A DNA stretch of 64,000 bases from Epiperipatus broadwayi (lineage: Eukaryota > Animalia > Onychophora). Every line of letters starts with the position of its first letter. The stretch's first letter is position 1. Below, in pieces: positions 13,011-24,466 of the stretch. Position numbers and translations under genes: made by a program. The stretch lies in the NCBI GenBank assembly GCA_028023455.1, contig JAQFVV010000008.1, positions 12,400,001-12,464,000 of the forward strand, read 5' to 3'. The notes beneath the pieces are model-generated. The model was not told the origin of the DNA. It searched no databases and saw nothing but the letters and a program-made list of their open reading frames with translations.

Positions 13011-14399
13011 AATAGTATATAGAAAAAAATATATAAGTATCTAATGTTATATAATCAATATTTTTATTATATAATTAATATATTATTGAAATGTATTTTA
13101 TTGTTGTTATTATTATTACATATTTTATATTATGTTCAAAATTTCTTGTAAATATCTAAAATGTTATAAAATTTTCGTCTACATAAAGGCACAACTAGAA
13201 CTTAGTAGGAAATGAATGACATTTGTATTTGTGTAAATATATTTTGCCTTGTATTTAAATGAAAGAATGTAATAAATTTATTTATTTTAATAAACAATAT
13301 TATTATTAAAAAACAACAAATAATTAAAAAAAATTTTTTTATATCTCTTTTTTTAATTTAAATCAATTTTGCTGATACAATATAGATAAAATACTATTAA
13401 TATGACTATCTATAATTTGGAACTTCTTTTATTTGGACATAATTATAAGAAGGGTTTTGAATTTTATAACCATCAAACTTTACAACTGTAGCATGTTTTT
13501 TTTTTAATTTAATCTTAAATTCATACATTAAAAATTAAATAAATATATACAAAATGTTTTAAAAAAAAAAAATACATTTAAGTAAATATTTAAGAAATTA
13601 ATAATGACATCAGTATTATGTTTCTATTTTATTGGTTAATTAATATTATTTTTTCCTAGGGTAAAAAAAATAAATTTGCTATAGTATATATAAAAAAGTA
13701 AAAACTTTTTTAAAATCAATGGATTTGGATGGAAAAATTATCTCTAAATCAGAACATAAAAAGGTCAAAAAAGTTTTCAAAAATAGATTTTTGATGATAA
13801 AGAAAAAAAAAATGTGATAAAACTAATTAACCATTATATTTTTATTTCCTTTTTTTAATTATTATATAAAAATAGTGTATACATTAAATGTATTGAATGT
13901 TTGAAGATTAGTAATGGTAATATTTTATTTGTAGTTATATGGTGGATTACTTTCATCTTTGGTATGAACAAGAACATTTATAAATATGTGAGAAAAATTG
14001 AATAATAGCGCAAAAAGGTAAGATAAATTATGAATCAAAAATTACTATTAATGCAAATTATTGGCGTACTTTTCAAAGCTCTTTGATCTCTTGATACTTT
14101 CATAATTGTCTTATTATTGTCAAATATCAGACAATTAATCTTTAAATTTGAGATATTAAAATTATTCAAAGATATATACTTCAATTAAATTTAAGATGAA
14201 ATATATAATTTATAAATTATTCAAATACATAATATTAGAAACTTCTTTCATTCATGTTTTCCCAACATCAAATACATTTTTAAATTTACTTTCTTAACAG
14301 TTATCCTTAGCTTCATAAACCATAAGTGAAATAGACTAATTTAATCTAAATGCCAACATGATAATTAATTTTTTTAAAAAGATAAAAAATTGTGAATTA

Positions 14400-16090
14400 A
14401 TGTTGAAAAGTGGGCAAGTGAATTTCCTTCATTATTTAAACTATGAAAAGCCACATTCTCTTGATCTATTTTGGAGAATAAGAACAAGTTCCTCCTTAAA
14501 CAATATGTTTGAGTGTTGCGATTATGTCATTACACTACACATTTGGCAGCATGCTCATAACAATCTCATCTTTCATTCTTCTATGCCTCAGGTAGATAGT
14601 GCTACATTTTTATATGTGGATATCTTAACTCAATGATAGTGTTAAACAAGTTTATCGGACTGGCTCATAAAAAAGATCAAACATAATGCAGATATTGATT
14701 AATCACTAGAAATTTCTCAAATGCGCAGGATACTTTAGAACAATTCAATGAGAAAGCAAAGTTTTCAATTCTTTGAATAGGTAAACAAAGAAAATACTGT
14801 GACAAATTATAGATTTTTGTATAAATGAAGATTATTCTAAACCTAAGTGGGTAGTGTGGATAAGTATTATTGAATGATAACATGGAATCTTTGATCTTGT
14901 GACATTAACTGTTAATTAAGCCAGCTGTAAACAAGAATTGCTGTTTTTTTTATCACATAGAAAGGTACTAGAATATGACAATTTTGTTGCCAACAAACAA
15001 AAATACTCTTGAATTTTCTTATCATATTAATTACCATACTTCTAGAAGTGACAAGAATTATATTATAGCTAAGAATTCTAAGATATTTAAAATCAATAAA
15101 GTTGAAGAAAGTCTTTTACTTCGTCATCCTCTGCCAGAATAAGAAGTGAAGATGTATTTAGTGTTTTTGAATATTATTTCAAAGAAAAGAATATTAATTG
15201 ATTTAATTATTGTAAGCTATGCAATGATGGAGGCAAAAAACTGATTTTTACTTAAATCTTCGTGGCATGAAAATAGTTTCCAATATAATCTGAAATCACT
15301 GCTGCATTTACAGGAAATGTCTAACAACTAACCACCTCCCTAGTGAATTACAAGTTGTTTTTAATGAAACTGTTAAAGTGATTAACTTTCTAAACTCAAA
15401 GTCTATAATTTTAGGATTTTCAAAGCACTGTGTGGAAAGATGATGAGTCTGAAATTAACTCTGCTTCTTCATACAAAAGTAGAAAGATCACCTACCTTAT
15501 GGTAAATTCTTTAGCTGACTGTTCAAACTTAGGATGTGGAGTCCAGATTTTTTTTATTTTTAAGACCATTCTTTCTACTTGCTGCCCAGTTATATGACTG
15601 CTCTTGTATAAATATTTGATATTTTTCTTTAAACTTGAATCTGGCATTTCAGAATAGTTTAATAATGATTTAGAAAGTTTCAGACAAAACTAAATCTATG
15701 ATTAAATAATTAGATTTTTAGAAGTCATGTATTGAAAAAGATTGATCTGAGATATCTGAAACTTTACAGTTCCTATCTGAAAATGATAGTTCTTCCACAA
15801 AACGAGTGAGAAATAACTGAACATTTGAAAAAGCTGAATCATCTTTGGATAAATATTTCTCAGAACCTGGTGATGAGAAGAATTGGATTGTAAATTCTGC
15901 TGAAAAAGAATACTTTCAAGTTGCCAGATTATCAATTAAGAAAAAAAAAAGAAATTGACTTTTCAATTGATACTACTTTAAAAAGTGAATTTAAAGAAAA
16001 ATCATCCCTTATGACTTTTGGGCAAACATTATCAAGCAATGGTAGTACTAAAGATAAGTATTACAAATCTATTTTTTTTCTAAATGTAAA
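14400..16090 (+). mobile_element. Buster/Charlie-type hAT transposase relic (SCAND3/ZBED5-like)
   Basis: Plus-strand remnants in family order: LIKPAV, EDVFSVFEYYFKEKNI..CNDG, HCCIYR...LPSELQVVFNETVKVINFL, FKALC...LLLHTKV, EIDFSIDTTLKSEFKEK. Many stops and frameshifts. A possible TIR relic CATGTTTTCCCAAC lies at 14253-14266. Confidence 0.8.
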
Positions 16091-16099
16091 TATGAGTTT

Positions 16100-18760
16100 T
16101 ACTTGATACAATCTTTTCAAGACCAGAAAGAGGATAGTACTAGTCATTAAAGAATTGTGAAGATTTAAGATCAATATAACTGTTCTTAGTGAAACTCATT
16201 TTCCAAAGGAAGGAAATTTAGTAGAAGAGGAAGATAGCTACAAGTTTCTGGAAGGACAAATCAATCAGTGAAAGGATAATGGATATAAAGTCTAATACTT
16301 TAGTATCTTCTAATCTTCATACTCCTTAAAGTATCAATAAAAAATAAAAATATTAAAATTTGACTGTACAATATTACCACTGCTTATTTTAATAATGCAC
16401 ATGCTTCAATCTTAGATTCAGAGAAAGAAAACTTTTATTCTTGACTGGACAGCATTATTACAGCAATCCCATTAAAAGATTGAATTTTCTGCTTGAAGAC
16501 TTTACTGCATGTGTAAGTACAAATAGTAGATTTTGGTCAAAAACTTTGGGAAATAATTGCATTGAAACTGTAAACTTCAACAGTCTGTTATTATTGAATT
16601 TTTGTCTAACATATCAATTGACATTCACAAACCTTTTCTTTAGGAAGAAAATTGTTTTAAAGGAACATGGACACATCCATGCTCAAAACAAACAGCATTT
16701 AATAAATTATATTGTAGTTAATAATCAGAACATTAAAAAAGTTCATATTACATGAGCATTTAAATTATTGGATGGATCAAAGATTAGTAAGCTCCAAAAA
16801 CTGAATGATAATTGTATTAAAAAGGAGATCTTATTTCAAACATATCCAGTTATTTAAAAAATATCTACTATATGTGCCAAATTTCACAGCTATCAAATAC
16901 TAAATTTTCTAATTTAGATTTTCAGGATTGTTATGTTACTGAGGAGTGAAATTCTCTTAAGTGTGTGTTGTGAACACAAATAAATCCATTATTGGATTTA
17001 TTAAAAAAAAACCTCATGATTGGCAATGATCTCATTGTTAATGATTTGATCAAAAAGAAACATGTGGCCTTTTCTGCATGACAGAGAAAAAATTAAATAT
17101 AGAGTTTCATATTAGAGATTTAAAGTCAAAAGTTCAATTTCAGATATTTGTGATTGTGGTCATTGTAGAATTTTTTTAGATGTACTGAAAGCAACATACA
17201 GTCAATAAACTATATTACAATTCTATTAAATCCAGTACTGTTTTATATGATGGCAATAATATTTTGAACAGATGAAAGAAGGAATATTTTGACCATCTTT
17301 TGGATAATGATACAAGAATTGAGATGATGACTTTTAATGATATATCCATTTTATCAACTCATTTAAATTTGGAAAAGGTATCCACCTTAGTGAAATCAAA
17401 TCAGCACTTTATAATTTTACAAATAGAAAGATTGTAGATCTGGATAAAATATCTGAAGAAATTCTAAATATGGTGATGATAATTTACCTTTAAAAATATT
17501 GAAAGTTTTAGGAATATATGGAAATGTGTGTGTCATTTGATCTTCAGAACTATTCCAACTTTTAAAAATAAAAGCAATACATAAGATTGAAGGAATTATC
17601 ATGGAATATCATTATTAATCACTATAGCAAAAGTACTTTCAAAAATTTTGTTAAGTAGATTGCTTCCAGTTATAGATGAATGGTTACTGGAGACGCAATG
17701 TGGTTTTAGAGAATCAAGAAGTACTATAGATATGCTTTTTGCTGCCAGGAAAATGCAAGAGTCATGTCAGGAATAAAGAGTGACTTATATATTGCTTTTA
17801 TTGATTTGGTCAATACATTTGACTCAGTTAATAAAACAGGGCTATTGTATTGTTTGAAATTAATTGTTTGTCCATCAAAATTTGTTCATATTATACAACT
17901 TCTCCATGATGGAATGAAAGGAAGTGTTATTATTATAGATGGGAAATCTGAGGAATTGAAATAAAATTGTGTTAAATTGAATGTGTATTTGCTCCAACAA
18001 TGTTTTTAATTTTTATGGCAAATGAACTTTGGAATTTTTAAAGGTAGTTTAACTATACATGGATCAAGATGCGGTGCACATAATGATGGTAGAATTTTTA
18101 ATTTGAACCAATTAAAAGTGAAAACAAGAATTTCATCTTCTTGGATTCTGAACTTACAATATGCTGATGACTTTGCTAATTCAAAAGATGATTTAAAAGA
18201 TGTAATTAATGTTATAATGTAAAGACTTTGGCTTAATAATTATTTTTCAAAAAGCTCAAGTTCTTTATCAGCTTGAATGATAATCAATTTAATAATATAA
18301 ACTAATTTAAATATTTTGGTAGTTTTATAAATAAAAAAAGTGGACTTAGATGTTGTTATGCAGCACAGACTACAATGTGTTGCTGCTCCTTTTAACACGT
18401 TACAGGATAAGGTATTTCATCACAGGAAAATAACTATTGTAACAAAAATGCTATTTTATCTAATTTATTGTATGGAAATGAGACTTAGACAATATATTAA
18501 CAAAATATCAAGACATTAAAAAAGTTTCATTTAAAGATGTTCCATAAAATTTTAAAAATACAAGAGCAAGGTCAAAGCCTACTTTTGTAAAATCATATCT
18601 TCATTGGACTAAATACATGAAACAAATAAACAATTCAAGACATTCTAAAATAGTATTTTATGATAAACTTGAGCATGGTTTTTATGGAAGAGAATGGAAT
18701 ACATTAGAGAAGTATAATAAAACATGGAGTTGAAGTATTTCAAAAGAAAAGTTTTTTGAA
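16100..18760 (+). mobile_element. RTE (BovB-like) LINE: APE endonuclease plus RT, decayed
   Basis: RPER...VLSETHF, HLINYIVV, ETQCGFRESRSTIDMLFAARKMQE, AFIDLVNTFDSV, HDGMKG, DGRIFNLNQLKVKT, LQYADD. It begins where the hAT transposase relic stops. Confidence 0.85.
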
Positions 18761-18872
18761 GAAAAGTTTATAAGACAACATTGCAAGATATTAAATAAAT
18801 AGAAAAATATGTAAAAAAAAAGTTTTTTTTTTTTAAATAATGCTTTTATGTAAGTAGCCAACTAAAAAGTAC

Positions 18873-19199
18873 AAAATAATAAAGTAATCAACAAAGTAAT
18901 CCATCTCTTGGTTAGTTTGCCAGTCTTGGAAAATATCAGAGATCTTAAAAATCTAGACTTGTTATAAAACAAGTGGAAATTGCAGGAATATTGTTATTTA
19001 AATAAAAGCATTTGAGGCTCATAAATCATAAAAATCAAAAAAGCCCATAAAAATAAAAAAGGCCCTCAAATGCTTTATTTAAATGATAATATTCTGAAAT
19101 TTCCAATTGTTTTATAAGTTTAGATTCTTAAGATCTCTGATATTTTCCAAGAGTGGCAAAATAACAAAGTAATCAACAAAATAATCTGTCTCTTGGTTA
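18873..19199. repeat. Fold-back repeat (about 100-bp arms 18916-19017 and 19064-19160) flanked by a 41-bp direct repeat
   Basis: The arms are visible reverse complements (tttgccagtcttggaaaatatcagagatctt... and ...aagatctctgatattttccaagagtggcaaa). The direct repeat aaataa.aaagtaatcaacaaa.taatc..tctcttggtta occurs at 18873-18914 and 19159-19199. Confidence 0.85.
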
Positions 19200-19893
19200 A
19201 TTTTCGAAAGTGTAGTTAAACAAGAGCAAAAACAACAAGGCAGTAATTCAAACATAAAAATTCTATTATGACAAGGCAAGATATTCAAAAAAGGAATATG
19301 AAATTAATTAAAACCCATAATTCAAAATAATTATTTAGGTGATAATTTTGTGAAATGATAAAGAAAAAAAATTATTAATGATGGCATAAAAAAATATAAT
19401 TGTGAAATGGTGCAGAAAACTATAGAAGAGAATAAAAATCTCAAAGCTGTAAAATACTATCTTGGAATTGAAAAAAAAATATTTCAGGAATAAAAAAAAA
19501 AGGTCAAGAATATTAAAAACAAAGAAGACGTAATGAAGTATGGAAAAGTGGACAAAGAATTATTAAAGTAATAATAAAAAAAATAAAATAAAAGGCAACA
19601 TTGTAAATTAAAATATTATTTCTTTTAAATAAAGAAATAAGACTTATAATAAATTTATAAAAAATGGAAAAGCTTCAGGATATGGTGGAATTATTTTAGA
19701 TATTTTGAAAAAAACAATAAAAAAGAAAATAATTGTCAGCAATATTATACCCAAGATATCTTACATGATAAGAAAACACCAATTCACTAAAAGAATGTAA
19801 TAGTGATATTATAAATACAATTTGTATATCTTACTTCAAACACTTTATAGCAAATTTTTTTATTATTACATATATATACACACACACACACAC

Positions 19894-19933
19894 AATCTGC
19901 CATTTCGACTGTTCTGCAGTCTTCCTCAGAGCT
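19894..19933 (-). ncRNA. Minimal hammerhead ribozyme motif with intact core and mutated cleavage triplet
   Basis: Minus strand reads CTGAGGA-a-GACTG-cagaa-CAGTC-GAAA-t-GGC-AGAT. Confidence 0.6.
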
Positions 19934-20706
19934 ATGATATAATAATAAATAAAACAAATATATAATAAACAAATGTAATCAATACAATTAAATAATAATA
20001 AAAAATCAAGTATCACAAAATATAATAAAATAAAACTAAAATAAATTAAATGTAATAAAAACCAAATAAAATAATCTGGATAATATAAAATATACAACAT
20101 TAAATTGAAATATAAATAAATATAGACTAAATATATTCTTTATTTTATTATTATTTTTTAATGTAACTTAATTATAATTCCTTATAAATTGACTCAATAT
20201 ATAACTGTAATTTTATTATCCCCAAATTAATAAAATAATTATGATTTTACATTAAAAATATTTCTTTGTTTAACATTAATCCATTTACTTAAAAATATAT
20301 TCTTTTTATTTTTAAAGCAAATACATATCTTATATTTTATTATTCAATCTGCTGATATTAATATTTTTTTCTTTTATATTTAAATTTTTATTCTACAACT
20401 ATAAATCATAAATATTATACACCTTTTAAAACTTACTTAATAATATTTCAGTTTCTTAAAAATTTCTAAAAAAACCTTTTTTTAAAATTTAGTTATTTTA
20501 TATCCTAGCTCTCTCTATTATATACTATTTAAAATTACTATATTTATAATCACTGCAATTCATTCTTTTTATTTATATATACTTATATTTGTTAATCCAT
20601 ATCATTTATAACTTCTTATTACTATAATCTTTTTTTTAATTTCTTTAAATTTTATTATATTTGTTTAATATATTATTTATTTTTAGTTTATTTATTATTA
20701 TATCAC

Positions 20707-20745
20707 ACTTCTGAGAAAGACTGCAGGGCGGTTGAAATGTCAGAT
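20707..20745 (+). ncRNA. Minimal hammerhead ribozyme motif with GUC intact and core/stem II mutated
   Basis: CTGAGAA-a-GACTG-caggg-CGGTT-GAAA-t-GTC-AGAT. Confidence 0.5.
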
Positions 20746-21654
20746 CCTATGTATATATATATAAATTATTATTTTTTTGCTATAAAGTATTTGAAGAAAG
20801 GTATACAAATTATATTTACATAATAGCAAAATAAAGGAAGTAATAGTTTAGTGGCACCTGTGAAGACTAGTAATATTAGTATTTAAAAAAGATGGGGGAA
20901 AAAAAATTTAGAAATTTAAAATTTATCAGACTTCTATAAAATAATTATTAACAGTATTACAAACAATCTAAATTAGAGACAAGCCAACTCAAGCTGAATG
21001 CAAAAATGAATACAATTCAAAAGACCATAACCAAGTATTAAGAAAAATTATCATAGGATTTGTACAATATAAAAAAAGTTCAAAGTGATTAATATCATGA
21101 ACCCAGGATCTTCAGAATGCAATAGCAGTGATTAAATACTACTAAGATTAATATTGGTAATCGTGTTCTATGTATATTAAGTTTTTCCCCTGACAATAGA
21201 GCAATAAAATTCAAACATTAATAATAATTTAGAAAGGGTGTACATAACATAAATTCATTCTTTCCAAAATCTTTTACAACATTTTTTCAAAAAACATTTT
21301 TATGAATTAAAATGGGATGCAACAAGAATAAAAAATAAAATAATTATTTAAAACTTTTGGGCTATTCACATAGCACAGTTATTCCCACAGATAATGCTTC
21401 AGGGCTGCAGAAAATTACAAGAATGTACAATAGAGAGCAAAAGTAAAACTAAAGACAAATGTTAACAGACTAAACTACAGTAAGATTTTAAAAAAGGAAC
21501 AACAAAAATCAATATTATCAATGAATTAGAAGTTAACTATTTTAGATACCATGGTCAAATTGTTAGCATGAATTAAAGCATAATAGATCAAATTAATCAT
21601 AGAATTAAATTTATGTGGAAATATGACCATGTCTGAAAAAGAGGATATTATTAT

Positions 21655-23772
21655 TGTAACCGAACCACCTCGTTTCGTTCATTAGGCAATCTGGCACAAG
21701 AGATCGAGGGCTCCGAAATAAACGTGACATAGCGTAAAGCTTTATTTATTTACTTATATCGATAGTTATTCGCTATCCACACAAGGGGGCGCCAGATATG
21801 ATTATTTAAGTGGATTTTAACTACTCGCATCACCTTACGTCATGTCAAAACGATTTCGAAGTCCAAGCCCGCCCACTAGCTCAAACTCCCAGCATAGACC
21901 AATAGATAACTCAAGGCCGTAATACAGTTATTTCGAGGACGACTCCTCCCGGAAAAGACGCATTGTCCGCTAATGAAAATCAGCTTGGTTTTCTAATTAG
22001 TCGACTACAGCATAAGATTCATTTATTGGTTGTCACTGACCAATGAGGTGGTTCGTCTACGCCCCGAACACTAGGCTTACAAGTTCATCCCCCCGATATA
22101 TCGTATATAACCTAATTAATTGACGTTTACTTCGATTGATTATAGACCCGCCCGCTCTTAAATCTATCTTAACTAAGGTTAAATAAGAAACATCGTGACT
22201 TACGGCACGATGTTGACATAATTCATAAAGAAACAAATTGAAATGAAATTTAAACTTAACTAAACATATTTCAACGATGAATTATTAAAGATTAAATAAA
22301 CTACGATTTTAAGTGTATGAAAAGATTTGAGAAATGCTCGACTTGGTTAAATATTGAATATATTTATTAAATGTGAAAAGAAACATTATTAATTTGGTTT
22401 ATTGCACACGCGCACATACATTCGCGCTCACAGAGAATCATAATTAAACATAGCACAATGTGAACATCGGAATAAAGTTCCTTTCTATTTGAGAAAATAT
22501 ATTATCTTTCCTTAGATTCACTTAAGTTCAAAGTTCATGTTTACAAAGTTCTATGGCTAAGATAAGTTATCATCACGAGGAAAGTTTTAAGATTTGTTTA
22601 TGCAAGTTTATGTTGGTTAATTACGAGATTTCCTCACGAGTTTATAAAGTGAGTGAGTGAACATAATATAAAACATATTTACCTAGGATTTGATTTGGTT
22701 TCCGCAGCTGGAGTGGTTCGCTTGCTTACAATGAGTATCGGACGGACTGGACGAGTTTGGGTTTCTTGGAACATGATTTTTTTTTATTGGGAGCATTAAC
22801 TTCACACGACGATGTTATTGTAATTGCATAGCTTCGGAGACAATTAGTAGCGGAGCGCCGATCAGTCACTGAAGGGTTTATTAGCCCCTCATGACAGTCG
22901 ATGCTCTTAATATTAATTTCGTAGTGATCATCTTGAATGCGGAAGAATAATATACGTTATTTCAGAACAACTATCTTGATAAAATAAAAAGCATAAGCAT
23001 TTGGATAAAATAAGCAAGGGGTGGTTCAGAAGAAAAAAGAACAGCTCAAAGTTGAACTACAATAATAATAATAACCAGATTGGCTTTTTTTGAATAGTTT
23101 TTAACTGATATTTATACCGGGTGATCCTTATCGGAGGATCCAATCTACCCCCAGAGTTCCGTGTTCCTGGAGCTGCCGTTCAGGTCCGTGTTTGAGGTAA
23201 CTGTTTCTCAATCCTTGTGCTAAAGGCAATATTTCTTTCGAGACAATCTTTTGTTGCAATCTTACTCAACCAACCTTACTTCTTCACACCTCGAGTGCAT
23301 GCGTGTGTGCGTGTGTTTTACAAGAACAATACAAGCTGTATTAAATTTAGAAGTCGAGCATTTAATCTTTTCCTCAAATCTTTTCTATAAGTTTTACTTT
23401 AGTTAACATTATAATTCTAACATAAACATATTTAATTACCCCGTGGCGTCTTCGAATGACAATCATCTTTTATTATTTTAGGAGAGCAAATTATATTTAT
23501 TATTTCAAAGAGTAAATTATATTTCTTTTATTATTTCTTCGCGAAGGCTATTTTATTAAATTTTATTACCTGACAGCTATAATCCTTTACTTGGACGTTT
23601 ACTATCTATATTTTATAAATGTATTTTATGAGAGGAAAAAAAACTATTACAGGTTACGAAAACAAATTACGAGTGCTTTAGGTTGCTTGCTGGGGTGTGT
23701 GTGTTTATCGTCTGGTCCCGTTCTGATATATGTTTCCTGGGTTTAATACCGATGTAACGCTATCTCGTTAAA
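21655..23772 (-). mobile_element. Probable solo LTR (about 2.1 kb), CpG-rich
   Basis: Termini TGTAAC...GTTAAA (one change from GTTACA) and a 4-bp duplication TTAT (21651-21654, 23773-23776). It interrupts the RTE between CLKKRIL and NYVLP. An AATAAA lies on the minus strand near the low-coordinate end. No ORF. Confidence 0.65.
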
Positions 23773-24328
23773 TTATGTTCTACCAATAAATATTTATGGA
23801 TGTGAGACAAAGATTACAATATAAAGATTGCAGACTACATAATATTGTAGGAAAAGATATACACATCAAGCTTAATATAGATAGAGATAAAACAAAATAT
23901 AAGAAAGAAAGAATAAGAAACTAAAATAGAGATAGGTTGGATATGTTGCAAGAAAAAATCTCAATAGATAATTGAAGTCCAAAATTGGATATAAAGATGT
24001 TTAAAAAGCCTATAAAAAGACAATGTCTGAAAAAGATGTTTAGATAAGAAGGTTAATTGGAGTTAAGTGCAATAAAAAATCATTACAGATCAAAAATACT
24101 TATATCCATGTGCAAAGAAATTTATCCTGCAATGGATGGATAAGAAATGAAAATAATAATTAGACAATCTAATTAGAATATGCATATGTTAATTTTTAAT
24201 AATCAAATTAACAAGTGATAATTTCATATCAAAGTGAATCTTAGTACAGTATTAAGTAAAACTATATTTATTATTATGAAATCAGAATAGATCATAATTT
24301 AAAAATATTTAGAAATTTAAGAACTTAC

Positions 24329-24466
24329 TAGTGGAAAGAAATTGAAATACTGCTAATGCCATCTGTGGAGATATTTGAATTTTGGTATTTTCTTGTCGTT
24401 GAGCAAATATTGAAAAATCTTGTTTAATTTGAGCTTCTTTACGTAATTGTTTCTTTCTATTATCAG
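24329..24466 (-). CDS. CNNM: CNNM/Uex internal exon: linker into the CNBH domain (T-DNRKKQLRKEAQIKQDFSIFAQRQENTKIQISPQMALAVFQFLST)
   Basis: Resembles CNNM TDNR...KQDFSAF...KISPQLLLA.HRFL. Acceptor ttattag|, donor A|gtaagt, 138 nt, phase 1/1, in frame with both flanking exons. Confidence 0.92.

Larger units (their letters stand above)
19795..20830. mobile_element. Inverted pair of Penelope-type pLTR fragments inserted in the RTE
   Basis: 19800-19935 (minus) and 20705-20825 (plus) are homologous in inverted orientation, and each carries a hammerhead motif. Inverted pLTRs are a known PLE insertion layout. Confidence 0.6.
19240..24150 (+). mobile_element. Second RTE-clade LINE, split by two nested insertions
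   Basis: Collinear remnants: IEENKNLKAV and KNGKASGYGGI (19430-19700), FKKDG...YKIIINSITN (20880-21050), YHGQI...INHRIK and CLKKRIL (21540-21650), VLPINIYGCET, GYVAR and FILQWMDKK* (23775-24150). Confidence 0.7.

Noticed and set aside
14640-15935. Minus-strand coding relic or endogenous viral fragment
   Set aside because: The plus strand gives ordered Buster-type hAT transposase motifs, so the minus-strand ORFs are shadows.
21090-21150. Third copy of the tRNA-head repeat
   Set aside because: Only a weak B-box-like match, with no linker or CCTGAAGA segment.
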